DNA of 64,000 bases, taken from contig BDGG01000005.1 in assembly GCA_001949185.1 (NCBI GenBank), forward strand, positions 868,001-932,000, given 5' to 3'. Within the stretch, counting starts at the first letter, position 1, and each line of letters begins with the position of its first letter. The DNA comes from Ramazzottius varieornatus (taxonomy: Eukaryota > Animalia > Tardigrada). The position numbers were made by a program, and so were the translations under genes. Under the pieces are notes generated by a model, which did not search any database, was not told the origin of the DNA, and worked only from the letters and a program-made list of their open reading frames with translations. This document shows, piece after piece, positions 1 through 13,344 of this stretch.

Positions 1-193
1 CAGCATAATTTCTTAAGTATCATACAGCTGTTTACAGGAGTGTGAAAGAGTGTGAGATCCTTTGGTCTGAGGCTGCAAACTACCTGACTGGATCCAGCAG
101 CTTCGGCTGAATCCGAAGTGCTGAACGTGTCGCGGAACGCTGTGCGATATGAAGCAGTTCCTCGGATCGGATCAAGACCAGTGATGAAGGACA

Positions 194-3100
194 ATGGTAC
201 GCAGTGTGGAGTACGAAAAAGGATCTTTTGAGGACAAGTATGAAGTCATTCGAGAGCTTGGAAGGTAAGAAACTGCTCGCTTCCATTTGCTTACAACGTT
301 AGCCATGCATATCGTACGTCACGTAGTGCCACAGGCATATGATGAACGGGCGGCATCTTTTCAGCACCGCAGTGACGTCAAACGCAAGTATAGCATAAAC
401 CTTTTAGTTTTAAATTGTATCGCATTCGATATTGAGTGAAAGTGGCGAAGCTTGAGTTATTGGAGAGTGGTTTACTGACCCCGTCGACCCGGTTATGGAA
501 AAGGCTTCTTTTTGCTTGGTGAGGCCCAAAAGAGGTATGATTGTTGATGTAGTAGCTTCTGGGAAAGAGGAGAGGGAAACGCTGATATTGGTTTGTTCCT
601 GTCAATCCACCTTATAGCTTCGATCTACGCGTTGTCGATTGTCTGTTGATTCAGGCCACTAGCCGTCTGCTGGAGAAAGTCGACAATACTCAATGGAATC
701 AGAAGTGATACCCCGCAGAAGGTACCTTTGTACAGCGAAGCACTCCAGCCGTCGCCGAGTTGCACTTGACAAAGCACTGAAGTTTACGGTCTGTCGTTCG
801 GGCGCACTCTTCCGCATCGTCTCGACAGGCAATGAGAGCATTTGTTTTTGATTAATACCCCTTTTTTCAGCACCCAATAGGTACATTTAGGCAGAATGAT
901 GCCTGCCATCAACGCTGCTTCGTCAGTGATGCGGTACTGAGCGAGAACACCCTTCAGTTCTTCGGGCTTCTTTTCCATTCGCAAACCCTTGGCCGAAGTC
1001 AAGCTCTCACTATAACTACAAAGCAGAAACATCAGAGAAAACCAAGATCGAGGAACTCTTTCGTCCATGGTCAATTAACCTCTGTAAATTTGTACAAATA
1101 TGGTGTGAATCAACAGAGACTTTGAGTAATGCGGAACCGGCGTCTATTTACAGAACAGACGATAAAAACAACGCCCTTGCTTGTGTTTCCGTTTACGTTG
1201 GAGAGCTAAATGGCCCATTGTTGTTTACCTTGTGGACGGAAACAGCGATAAATTATCAGGCAATTATTATACTCTCGAGTACCGCGCACTGCACCTTTGC
1301 CTCTCCAAATCGGTGTGAAGTGGGCAGACGTCAGGACCATAGTTTAATATGCTAGTGAGTCAAAAGCTACCACTTCAACCCGACTCAGCTCGATACCTCA
1401 AATTTACAACATTGCAGACACTTCCTGAAAATCCAGCAACCCAATTATAATAGTTTCAGATCTAATTGGAGCTCGGCAAGCGGACCCGACCAGATCGTTT
1501 TCCAAGTGGCGCACGCTTCCAGCCAATATCACCGCAATCATGCGTCACTTGGGGTTGAGTTGGCTTACCTAGCTCTCAGTTGATCTCGTATCTTGCTTAC
1601 ATCGAATAGTGAATTAAGCTAGCTGGGTAGGCGGAAGTTGTACTCGACGGTAATTTTTCCTTGTCCAAATAATTACCCATAAAATTCTTGGCCGAGTGTT
1701 GTCATAAGATGACATTCATGGTCAATTGACATTTTTTTTTATTTGCCAGCAATTTGTCGCTACAGAGTGCATGCAACGGAGTGTTGATGGCGGAACTCAA
1801 CTGTGGCAGTACAATCGAAGCAAGCAATGCTTCAAGCTGGCCGTTTAGCGATATTTCATGGCCGTTTCGCTCCCTTGCATCCTTAACGAATTAATGACGG
1901 ACTAGACTACCAAGCGTAGTACCGTTGGCGGAAGGTCAGGGTAATCTTTTTGGCAATAACAATCCTACACCTCATGTCAATAAACAACAGGCTAATTCGA
2001 CAGACAGCTAATAACCAGACAAGCTCGAAAGATGTTAGACGCTATCAACAATATTCTTAATTCATGACGGTGGTTTTTTCTTGACGCCTTTCGAGCCTGT
2101 GGCGGACGCATGAGCGATGTTCACGCACTTACATACACCGAAACTTGCACACAGTGTGTTATCAGTGTTTGTAGGTGTGTGTCGTGCGAAGGTCTCTTTT
2201 TAGGGTTTTAGCGGGGCGTCTTGTGGAGGTTTCGATCGGTGGTTCTTCGAGTTCGTGAAGGTTGAGCGCTTCGTCGGAATGTGGGTATCTTCGGGCCAAA
2301 ACGTGGAGTGCAATGTCTTCAGGTTTTTTGAATACGACGAGCTTCTCACCGGCGGAAGGTCCTTTCAGTTATTCAGGTGGCGAATAAGCAGTGCGTAACC
2401 GAGTGGTTCTTAATCGTCTGTGCTGCACACCGATCGTATTCATCTTCAAGTTCCTTTCATAAAGATATTTCGCTGTGTTTGCAAAAGATGGTCCTTGTTT
2501 ATTACGTAAAGGCGGGTCGAATGAAAAACCGCAGACTGATATCGACGAGCAAACACAACAAACAAGGTTCCTCACAGATATCTGGCAGCGGAGTAAGCGG
2601 AATAAAAGTAATGATACCGGTAAATCTGGTTGGATGTTTGGGCTTATGCTTGTTGCGTGTTGACAAGAGCTGCTTGGGTAATCGTTCATGTCTGACTGGC
2701 TTTGTGCAGGGCTTTGTACACTGGCTAATGACCACCTTGTGCTTTTTTGTCTGTTTGCAGTGGCCACTTTGCCGTCGTTCGACAGTGTGTGGAAAAAGCC
2801 ACTGGTCAAGCCTACGCCGCTAAATTCATCCGGAAGCGCCGGCAAAAATTTAGTCGGCGTGGAGCGGCGTTGGAGGATATCGACAACGAAATCGCCCTCT
2901 TGTCCTCGTTAAAACACGACAACATCATCAGCCTCCACCAAGTCTTTCAGGATGATAGTCACGTTATCCTCATACTCGAACTGTAAGCAGCCGCGTTTCT
3001 CAGGATAAGAATAATCCAAAAAAATGGAAGCTGGGAGAACATACCGACAAGATTATTTTCCCAAGTGGCGCATGTTATCAGTGTTACTAGCTGAAAGCGT

Positions 3101-6100
3101 GCACCACTTGAAAAAGCGAGCTTGTCAACTTTGGTTGTTGTACCAAGTGGCGCGCCTTTCCAGTGGTGCTGGCTGAAAGTGTGCGCCACATGGAAAGACG
3201 ATCTCGCCGAGTTTGTTTACCGAGATGACACAATTTATAATAAAGTCGATCAAAAGGTCGCCAGGAGTTCAGGTCTGATTCACCGCAAGAATTTAATATT
3301 GGGACCAATCGAGAAAAGTCAAAGGAACACAAGGTTGACGGACAAATGGGGCCATTGCGTGCCTTTTTTGTCGTGGGCAGAAGAGAACCTTTAGAAAAAG
3401 CATCGATTGATGGAAGGTCGACGGTTGTTGAGTTGCGGTTGCCAGTCGCTTCTGGTATTTTGCAAGGAAATATTACCGTCAGAGATTATATGCTTTTTTC
3501 TCACGCATTGTGTGCCTCTTGATGTTGGTTAATCGTTTGTTATTGGCGTGATTCGAAAAGCAGCCATTATTTTGATGTCCTTCCGCTCTGTCTTGACAAA
3601 CAAGACTTTTTCACTACCTTCGTCACATATATATCCGTTCTATGATGCGGAAAACCGTAGAAAATGCTCCAGATTGTATGCGTGAATCCATTTGATTCAT
3701 TATTAACAAGTGCAGTTCAGTAAACCCAATCAAGCAAATACGATTTGAATACTCGAGGAAAGCAATTTCTGACGACATCTTTTACCAAATTTGATTTGAC
3801 CGACAATTTTGACCAAATTAACTCTTTTTCACATCTTTTCAGGGTTTCTGGCGGCGAACTGTTCCATTACCTTTCCGAGCGCGAGCACTTGAGCGAAGAG
3901 GACGCCTCGATCTTTGTTCAGCAGATTCTGTTCGGACTAGACCACCTACATCAACATGGCATTGCGCATTTGGATCTCAAGTAAGCTTGGTCTTCCGCCC
4001 ACCACTTATTCGCTACAGCCGGCATCACACACATACCTCGTTCTTTTTGCCCGCACTTTTTCATGCCTGTTTTTTTGCGTAATTTTATAGGCCTGAGAAT
4101 ATACTCCTGCGATCAGCCGAGTCGCAGGTCATTAAAATCATTGATTTCGGCTTGGCCAAGCGTCTCGACCACACTGCCAACGGGGGCAAAGAGGTGAAAT
4201 GCATGATGGGCACCGCCGAGTTTGTGGCACCGGAAGTGGTCAACTACGAAGCCCTCTCTCTGCAAACAGACATGTGGAGTGTTGGTGTCATCACCTACAT
4301 GCTCCTCAGTGGCAGCTCCCCTTTCGCCGGTCAAGACCAGCAGGAAACGTTCACCAACATCACACGAGCCGAGTTCGATTTTGACGAGGAGGTCTTCAGC
4401 ACTACCAGGTAAAGGAAAACTGATGCAGTAACCGCCAAGTGCTAAACCAAGTTCGATCATTGAGATTACAGTGAATCTACCATATGAACGAATGGCAGAC
4501 ATCGAAGTTACAAAAACTCGTAGAAAAGTTGACCGCAGAATGTCCCATCCAAAACACAACTCAGTGACCACTCCAGTCAAATAAAATGGAACAGCTGTGT
4601 AGGAAGAAAGTCGTTTTCCACGTTTCTGGCCCTGTTTCGTGACCAGATGATTTTTGAAACCAGATATGAATAGAATCACCATGAGAATAGCGTTTGTGGA
4701 GCGAAGACTGGTGTCTTGTTTGTAGCGACCTGGCCAAGGATTTTATCAAGCGCCTCCTAGTGCGGGAGCCCCGGAAGCGTTTTACACCGAAGCAAGCTCT
4801 CGAGCACCCATGGATCCGCCCAAGGAATTCCCAGCAGGCCGTCAAGCGCAAAGCATCGGCCATCAACATGACGCGCCTCAAAGCCTTCTCGGCCAAGCGA
4901 AGATGGCAAAAGTCGCTGAGGGTGGTCAAACTGTGTAATCGCCTGTCCAAAGGCAACCGACCGTCGTCCACAGCCTCCATCCTTTCCAACGATGGCTCAT
5001 CCAACGAAACGCTCGATATGCCAGAGAACTTCGTGACCAGAGCTATCTTTTGCGCCGTTGAAGACGGGAACCGCCAAGGACTCGAACGACTTCTCAGCAT
5101 GGCCACCGTCGATCTCAACACTTCCAATGAGCTGGGCATCACGGCGGCCCATGTGGCGGCTGGCGCCGGCAGATCTCACATCCTTTCTCTCCTACACGAA
5201 ACATACCGGTATTGCATAGCACGTCGGCAAGAGACTGTATGTGATCATCGTCTCAGGTGGCGCGCTTCTCGATAGTGTTGGCTGATAATGTGCGCCACTT
5301 GGAAAAAGGATCATGTACAAAATATCTGCTGGCGTCCTGTATAAAGTCTTCCAGCATGTGTAAGGGTTCAACGACATCGGTGACTAGAATCTATTGTTTG
5401 ACTAGGTTGAGTGTCACCAGCCAGGATCACTACGGGGATACGCCACTCCATTGGGCAGCTCGACAAGGCCATCAAGAAACCCTCACGTACCTGCTGGCAC
5501 AGAATGCGGACGTTTCCGTTCTCAACTTAAACCAGGAAACCGCTCTCTCCCAGGCTGTTCGATATGGCCACAAAGCCCTCTTCGGAGACATTCTCTCCAG
5601 ACTGGATCCACCTACCATCAATGCTCTCAACAGCGACGGTAATAACTGTCTTTTTTTGCTGCTCGGGTAGCGCTTAATGCTGGCGAAACGGAATACCGGC
5701 AAGAACTACTGTAGAAGAGTAACCGATTTTGCTGGGTCAACTTGTTTAGCCATTTTTGCTTTTGTTTTGCTTTCAGTTTGCTTTGCTTTTTCCGCTGATT
5801 TTTTGTTTCTTTGAAGTTTGAGAACTGTGGTTGTTTTTGAAGGTGATGGCAGCATTCACTTGGGTGCCTGGTACGGTTCCTCCGAGTGCCTTCTCGAACT
5901 CCTAAAGAGCGATAAAGTCGACCGAAACCTACAGAATGCTCAACGAGAAACCGCCCTGCATATCGCTGCCTCCAAAGGCGCCTTGGCCTGTATGGAGGTA
6001 CTGGTCAAACAGGGCGCCAGCTGCGACATACCCGATACTTCCGGTTGGGTTCCTCTGGTCACCGCCCTAAAAAACTTTCAACCTGAAGCCGTGCATCACC

Positions 6101-8352
6101 TCCTCGAAAGATCGAAACTGACGGTGGTCGACAAAGACGGAAACAGTCTGTTACATCATGCAGCTGAGACAGGAGACATGACAGTAGTAGAGCTTCTCTT
6201 GGAAAAACACGGTGAGATGCTGAAGAAAGTCTCTAACAATGGAGCTACACCGCTGCACCACGCAGCTCGCCATGGGCATCTAGAGATCGCACGGCTGTTC
6301 TGCGCTAGTGGCGCCGATGTGGAGGCCTTGGACGCCGAAGGTCTGTCAGCGGAAGTGGCGGCCTACCTTAACGGCCACAAAGACGTTGGGGACTTTTTAA
6401 AGACTCTAAGCGATCCTTCTGTTCGAGCGAAGTTACTGAACGAGCTGAAGACTAAAGGCGGACCGTTGAGTTGTTTCACGGTCCGAGTGCTTGGTCATCC
6501 TCGCGTGGGGAAGACGAGCTTTGTAAAGAGTTTACAGACTTCTTCAGTGGGAAATTTCGCCCGGAAAGGCAGTGCCTTCTTCCGGCGGAACGGGAAGAAA
6601 CCTGCTCCGACCAAGAGCTCTTCCATGACCAACATGCACCAAATGCGCCACGGCTACCCGCTGTTCTGTACGACCTGTGTCAGTCTAGCACCTGAGTTCG
6701 ACGTAGCCATGTTCGAGTTATCAGCCGATCCTCTGTGTCTGCAAATGTACGATCATCTGGTAAAGTACACCGAATGCCTGAATATCGTCATGTTCAGCCT
6801 GGCCGAGTCGACCGCGGTCCAACGTCAGCAAGTATCCTTCTGGTTGCGGCTTCTTTCTCTCTCCTTCATTCCTGAGGACTCATTGGGCTTCTCCGGGAAA
6901 TCCACCAACGCACCAGTGGTTCTTCTAGTGGGAACTCACGCCGACACGGTGAAATGCAGTAAGGACAAGAACGGACTGGTGAACAACCCGATGGCGTTTA
7001 CGTTGGTCGAGAATATGAGGAAGCACTTTGGCTGTGAATTGACCATACTGCCTAATATATTCGTGGTGGATAATAATGGTAAGGTCGCTGGGTCAAACCT
7101 GACCATGGTCAAGACGTGCATGTTGTCCATCGGGAAGCAACTGCGGGCTCGCCAAGAACTGTCTTCTGTCTTGTTAAAGAAAGTCCAGGATAGGTTGCCC
7201 GTATGGCGTGCCTCACGCTTACTCCTCGACAAAAAGAAGTTCCTGGACGCGGTCCAGAAGGAAGCCAACCAACTCATCACTTTCAAGCACGCGGAAGTTT
7301 TGGTCAGGCAGTTGGTGTTTATCGGCGAAATAGCTTTGGTCGACCATCACGTCATCATTTCACCACATCATCTGTTCAATCAACTGGTCATGCCTTTCCT
7401 GTACGGACAAGTGCAGCTGAAGAACTCCCGCTCCGTCTTCCGTCCAAGAGATCTCCACTTTATTTTCACAAACTACTGGCACAACACCGTCGAAGTTACG
7501 GAAGCCATGAAGATCCTTGGAGCGTGTGTACAAACAGGAGCAGGTGACAGTACGCAGGTTGAGTTCCCCGCCTTGGTTGACAGTTCCATAACCAAGCCGT
7601 CCTTCCCCAACGTCAACAACACGCTGTCGGTCCGAATGAAAATCCCAGATTTTCCTTCGTACCCTCTTTTGGTCTTCCCCCGACTGCTTTCTCACATGAG
7701 AGAACACACGATATCAAACAAAAACTTCCAAGGACTTCAGTTTTTTTTCCGGGGCTTAAAGTTGATGGACTCGCTGATCGTCAGCTGGAATCCGCAAGCG
7801 GAAAGTATCGAAGTGTGTGGAAAGGGGGATGTGTCTGTTGTGAAGGATGTCTGCTCAGCTGTCGAAGCTGCTGTCACGTCTTTACTTCCTGGTGCTCTTC
7901 TCGAGTCTAGCGTGTACATAAATGGTCAACAGGTTCCCTGTTTCCCGACGGACGACTTGAAAGTCCAAGATTTGCCTCTACCGTTACTGGCTCGTTTGTG
8001 TCGTTACTTGGATCCTCGCAATGCTTTTGGTCAAGACTGGTGTTTGTTAGCGGTGAAGCTGGGTCTGTACGATCGTCTGATGCCCAAGTTGAACGGTAGC
8101 TCGCCGTCGATGGAAAGCATGACGAGCTTGTTGCTGAAAGAGTGGACGGGGAACCCGGAAATGAAGCCAACTGTACAGAATCTCTTGGATGGGCTGGAGC
8201 AGATTGAACGTCCCGAAGTGGCGAATGTTTTACGAAAGTTTTTACCGCTTTACAACTTTGTTTTAGATGGCTCGTTGATGGAAGCGACGTCGCCGTCCAG
8301 TCCTAGCGATAAAACATTGTCCAGCATGTCTAGCTCTGTGTTATCGCGGTGA
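194..8352 (+). CDS. DAPK: Death-associated protein kinase (kinase, CaM-binding region, ankyrin repeats, ROC-COR, death domain)
   Basis: GT-AG exons 194-264, 2761-2982, 3843-3980, 4091-4408, 4726-5208, 5406-5638 and 5843-8352 join in frame. Motifs: ELGSGHFAVV, basic loop KRRQKFSRRG, HLDLKPEN, DFG, GTAEFVAPE, CaM-binding RRWQKSLRVVKLCNRLS, ankyrin repeats (GDTPLHWAA, GATPLHHAARHGH), ROC P-loop GHPRVGKT and VGTHAD, death domain LDPRNAFGQDWCLLAVKLGL, Ser-rich tail SSSVLSR. Confidence 0.96.
1492..1562. repeat. 71-bp GATC/AGTGGCGCA palindrome copy (DAPK intron 1)
   Basis: agatcgttttccaagtggcgca-N27-tgcgtcacttg; right GATC decayed. Confidence 0.85.
3050..3204. repeat. Two adjacent palindrome copies (DAPK intron 2)
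   Basis: caagtggcgca-N27-tgcaccacttg (3050-3122) and caagtggcgcg-N27-tgcgccacatggaaagacgatct (3135-3204). Confidence 0.9.
5243..5312. repeat. Palindrome copy (DAPK intron 5)
   Basis: gatc-N9-ggtggcgcg-N26-tgcgccact-N9-gatc. Confidence 0.9.
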
Positions 8353-9001
8353 CCACTGTAACGTTTTTGATCTTCTTCCTTGCCACTTTTTATTGTTTCT
8401 TTTGCTGCCTTTTGCACTGTTTTTTCTGGTGTGTTTTTTCCAAGTTTATCTTTTTTCCACAAGCATTGTGATCTGGCGGTTCAATGTTCCTTTTTTGTTC
8501 ACCACGCATTACTTTTGAATGATGCTGTGCAATGAGTACTGTACTTGTATAAAGGCGTACGAGGTAGACGGCATGGAGATTACAAGTCTCAATTTTGGCT
8601 TTCTCTGCGTCAAACTCATCTTTCTTGGTGTCCAAATTAAGAAAAACTTGTTCCCATTCTTTACAAACCTTTAGAGGGCAAAACAGGAGTCAAACTGGTC
8701 AGATGTGAGCCTTGAAAGGGTGGGGGGTGTCGAGCAATGTTAAAGAGCGTATGAGGTGTACTAAGATCAAGCAATCAAGCATAGAAAGCAATGTTGGACT
8801 GTAATCTCCACGCCGGAATTTCCGACTTGTAATCTCCATGCCGTCTACCTCGTACTTTAAAATGAGGAAAAGACGTACAAAAGTGGCAGACCAGGGAGAG
8901 CCAAGATGTGTTGGAATTAGTCGAGTTGTCAACGGATCCAGAAGGCTGACAGTCCGAGTACGGACGGCTATGATTTTATCTGGCAAACCCCGAGTAATCC
9001 T

Positions 9002-10108
9002 CTACGCAGGTAGCAGGTATGTAACAATCTCAGCCACAAGCTGGGGAGACCCTTGTTCACACAGGCTCTTGATCACTCCGGCGGACTTCACCGCAGTAGA
9101 ATTAGTCTTGAGGTACCGGAAGGACGCATCTCTCAATGCAGGAGCCGCCACCCCATCCGTCAGCAATAGCATATCGACAATGTTACCTTCGGCTAACTGG
9201 CCAATGAGATTCAGTTCGCACTGTTCAGTTCGCAGCTGGTACTTGTCCGCCGCCAGGAGAACCTCCTTGGCCTTCTCGGTGACATCCTTATCGGAGCAGC
9301 TGCAGTACATGTACTTTACCAAGACATCGAGGACAGAAGAAGCAACGTCGTCGATCGTACATCGTCCAGTTTGGCTCTCTGACAAATTTGACTCGAAAAC
9401 GGCAGAGAAGACCGGTGAACGGGCGATTAATATGGCTTTATGTACCAGTTCCTCAGTCCCGTCGGAAGAGACCAAGGTGAAATCGCGACCAACAGGCGAC
9501 TCGTGCAGTCGCCGAAAGCTCTCTTGGAAGGAAGTTGAGTCCAACATAGAACACTCCACCTCGGCTCGCACCTTCAGATTATCGCTTTCTTCCATGCGTT
9601 CGCGCAAGTATGCGATTCTGATGAACGTATCCGATGGCAGCAGCACACACGGGCTACTGTAGTCACAGATACCCGGACTGCCGTCTTTCGGCAGAACGTA
9701 GTTCAGCGTAGTAGATGCATCGGCCATAAGTTTGTCATCTCCTCAACAACCCTGAAAGTATCGAGCACAGTTCAGGCTGTTGTCCGATATTTCAAAACTT
9801 AAATGACGAATGGAAGACTCACACGAACCCAATCTTTGCTTGAACTTGGATGGGGTGGCTAGTTAACATTCCCTCAGGACGAACGCGACAGAAGAACACC
9901 ACCAAGTGCTGACTTTAGAATGCAACATGAGGTACCAAGTGGACTTTCCGACGACGCGCGGCATTGATTTGGAACCTGTTCCAGAGGTACCCGCATAAAA
10001 GTGCCGAGCGGGCCAGCTGTGCTCCATAACAAAACGAACGATGTCCGAGGTCTCGGGAGTCAGCTGGCCTTCAACTTTCATCCTCTTAATGGTCGTGACC
10101 GCGTAAGC
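9002..10108 (-). CDS. BTB/POZ-domain protein (SPOP-like); 5' exons uncertain
   Basis: ORF 9002-9727 has a BTB signature DFTLVSSDGTEELVHKAILIARSPVFSAVFES...LLAADKYQL followed by BACK-like helices. Probable upstream exons at ~9823-10108 could not be joined in frame with certainty. Confidence 0.8.
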
Positions 10109-10195
10109 CTGCAAAAGAAGCAGATACGACTCGTTACCTGGAATATACACGACCAAGGCAACCGGAAATGTGGAAAACTATACCAGAGAGACTGC

Positions 10196-10816
10196 ATTAT
10201 GCCCCATTCGTGCTTACCCATCGGCGACAGAAGACAGCAGTAGAAACGGTTTTTTGGTGACGTCATCGTTCGCACTTCCAGCGGCGAAAGTTCTGCGGCC
10301 GCAACAAAAGTTTTTGAGTACGGACGGTCCATTACTTAGCTTTTTGCGCTTGGTTTTTCCCCTAACTTTTTCGTTTAGTGCCGTATTTCGCAACCTACGG
10401 GAATCAGGTTGAGCAGCCTGCGGAAAATGTTTTTCTGGCGGATTTTCACTTTGGCGCGTTTTCTATCTTCCTGTAATACAACCCCTTCTGTACTCACCCA
10501 GGATCTCTTGCATAGAATCTATCGAGGTATATACTGACTCATCGAGGTATACAGTCGACAGGTTGTGGACTATAACATGACATGACACCACACCACACCA
10601 TATGACATAACCTGACTTGACATAACGTTTCTGCCGCATCGGAGTATGAACGACAGGCAGTTTTACCGAAAGGTGCAGAGAGTCAAAACTTAGCGAAAAG
10701 TTGTAACATCATGCCTACGTCAGATATTTGCGAACCGTTGGCAGCCGCATTACTTGGTTGCAAACTTCTCGCCTTTCACTTCTGTCGTCGACGCGTAAGC
10801 ACGAATGGGGCATTAT
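10196..10816. repeat. 38-bp inverted repeat pair ~545 bp apart, between the divergent BTB and IFT57 genes
   Basis: attatgccccattcgtgcttacccatcggcgacagaag (10196-10233) vs the reverse complement of 10779-10816; 19-bp perfect core. Confidence 0.85.
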
Positions 10817-11168
10817 GAGAGCTGATTTGTGAAAAACCGCTTCGAACGGGATTCGAACACCCATTTCCATGTTCAGTGAGGTAGAATGTGCCGCATTAAT
10901 GACAGAAGTGCCCATTTACCGGTTCTTGGCAGGTTGTGCGCGACGGTTGCGTAAATCTCGAATCTCGATAAGTGTATTAGGCTGCATAAATCACTCGCTA
11001 TCCAGATTCCAGGGTTTTGCAAAATTGTCGAAGCTGTTGCATTGTTAGCTGTTCGACTGTTTCCTCTTCCTAGTTCCGTCACGAAGAAGTCCTCTCAGCT
11101 CCGACATATGGTTGTTGACTTTGTATAGACGGCTATAGCTTGTAAGACGGAGCTGCCCGCACCTATCG

Positions 11169-12983
11169 ATGGCCAGTAAAGTGTCGAGAAGGACAACTTC
11201 GCAGATTTCGAAGCAGCCTACGGCAACCGGAAATGGAGTTACGGAGGAGCACGAGACTAACGGGATCGAGAAGCCACCTCCTTTACCTACAGGAGACTTG
11301 CGCCTTTCGCTGACTCAAGAAAGCCCATCCTTGAAATACTTGGATGCCATCCGAATGTCTAGACTGATCGACAAGCTGATCCTCCTGGACATCACAAATG
11401 CGCTGCCTGGTAATCTTTCCCATTTTGGCCTTTCCAGGTACGAAAGCAAAACCCCTTGAATCCTCGATCATTCCTCCTGTCCGCTTACCTGACTGCATGG
11501 AGTGACCGGAGAGAAAGCTCTTGCGCATTTGTGGGGTTTTCGTTTCAGGGATTATTTTCTGTTGGATAAGCCCGGACATGCTGTGGTACGTTTCCAAGTC
11601 TTTGCCAGTTTATCCGTATGGATGATCGGTCAGCTCGGGATCGATCTTCCTCCACCTACCGAAAGAGACGATCCAAATATTACCGTCCAGAAAATAGTGG
11701 AAGCTTTACGGAAACTTGTGAGTTCAATAAGTTCCATGCATGATTTATTGCATAACGTTTATGGACGATCTTTATCGATTAGGCTTATTTCATACGCCTG
11801 AAAAATAATGTTGTTTCAGAATATTCAGAGTGATGTGGCGCCTCATCGGCTGAAGTCTGCTTTGGGACCAGAAGTCGTAAATATTCTCTATGAACTCGCA
11901 ACAGAATGTTTGAAAAGAAGGCCGAGTTTCGCAGTTCCGGATCTTTCAAAGATCAAAGGTGCGCCGGTGGAGGATATTGAGGAAGATATTGCGAATGACG
12001 ACGATGACGAGCAGTACGAAGCAATACCGCTGTTCGACTGGGAGCAGGAAGAAGTGATGGAAGACCTCACCAATGCAGACGGTGACGGTGCACCTTACAA
12101 ATCGGCATCTAGTGAGAATGCCGAGAAGGAGCGTGCGGCGGAAGAATGGAGACTGGAAGCCGATCGATTGGGACCTTTATTCGGTCGCCAAGACGGTGCA
12201 CTTAGCCAAAAGGTAAGTATCACGGTCGGTCAAAAACTTCCCCTCGGTGATGAAAGCTTCAACGGTTTTCCGTTACAGGGGTGGAGCGAACGAGTGAAAC
12301 GGCTGGAAGCTTGCCGGCAAGAACTGTTGAAGAATGTAGAGTTCCTCGAGGACAAAATGTCGGGTGTTGGTTCGGAGATCAGTCGGTCAGTGGAAAAGAT
12401 TCAGAACCGGGAGAAGTACATCAGCGTGAATAACCGACAACAAGTTGATGTAAGTGGATATTTGACGGTTGCATTCAAATTGGTGGCCGGTAAACGAAAC
12501 GTACGTACGAGATTGCTTTGTTGAGTGGTGCACGCTCCCAGCCAAAAGCAAAAAACGTGCGCCACTTGGGATAACGATCTTGAGCGTCTCGTTTGCCGAT
12601 CTCCCGGTTTACAAGTGGAAAGCTGACTGGATTTTGTCGTTTAGAAATACAAGGAAGCAAGCATGAAGTTGAAAGCAGCGCGTGAGAAGTACGAGATGCA
12701 CAACGCGGAAGTGGAGATAACTGCCAAGAAGCTTGCCGAGGTCACTGCGGAGTTCGAGAAGCTGAAGCGAAGAGTGGAAGAGAAAGGGAGTACGCTGGCG
12801 GATCGGACGGCAGCGGCGTCCATGAAGGCTGCGATCAAACGCATGAAGGAAGAGATGGGTATGTACAATATCCAATGCGCCATAGCGGAAATGCGACTGC
12901 AGCATTTGACCGAAGCCATCCAGAACGCCGAGATTGACGAAAGTTTGGCGAGCTTCGAAGGAACGAAAGCTTTGAAACGATGA
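11169..12983 (+). CDS. IFT57: Intraflagellar transport protein 57 homolog
   Basis: Spliced exons carry LIDKLILLD, YFLLDKPGHAVVRFQVFASLSVWMI...DDPNITVQKIVEALRKL, EEWRLEADRL, ISRSVEKIQNREKYI and a C-terminal coiled coil, matching IFT57/HIPPI motifs. Confidence 0.88.
12510..12580. repeat. Palindrome copy (IFT57 intron)
   Basis: gatt-N9-agtggtgca-N25-tgcgccact-N9-gatc. Confidence 0.88.
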
Positions 12984-13344
12984 AAGAATAGCGATAAGAG
13001 TAGCCTTTTTCGCCGTCCTATTTTTACTGCTTGAAACTGCCTGATGAAGTTATTCCTTTTGGATTTTCTCATTTTTTCGGTTATTCTGATGATTTTGATC
13101 TCGTGAACGCTGCCGAATTAATTTATTTCTGCCCAGTTTACATCATGAACGGTGGACTCTTTGAAAAGAACGCATGCTGTTTACCTGGGTCGGCTTGGCA
13201 GGAGTGTTGAGTAAGTTAACTCAACGTCCAAGATAAAAGCTGTAAAACAAAAATCAACAATGGTAAAAAAACTAATTTAAACTAAAAACACTGGAATAAG
13301 CCCGAAGTTGCAGTTTGTCGACTTGGGGAAGGATAGACGGTACG

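Noticed and set aside
265-2760. Short ORFs in DAPK intron 1 as nested genes
   Set aside because: No recognisable domains and no coherent splice structure.
8838-9662. 274-aa plus-strand ORF
   Set aside because: Antisense shadow of the BTB coding exon.
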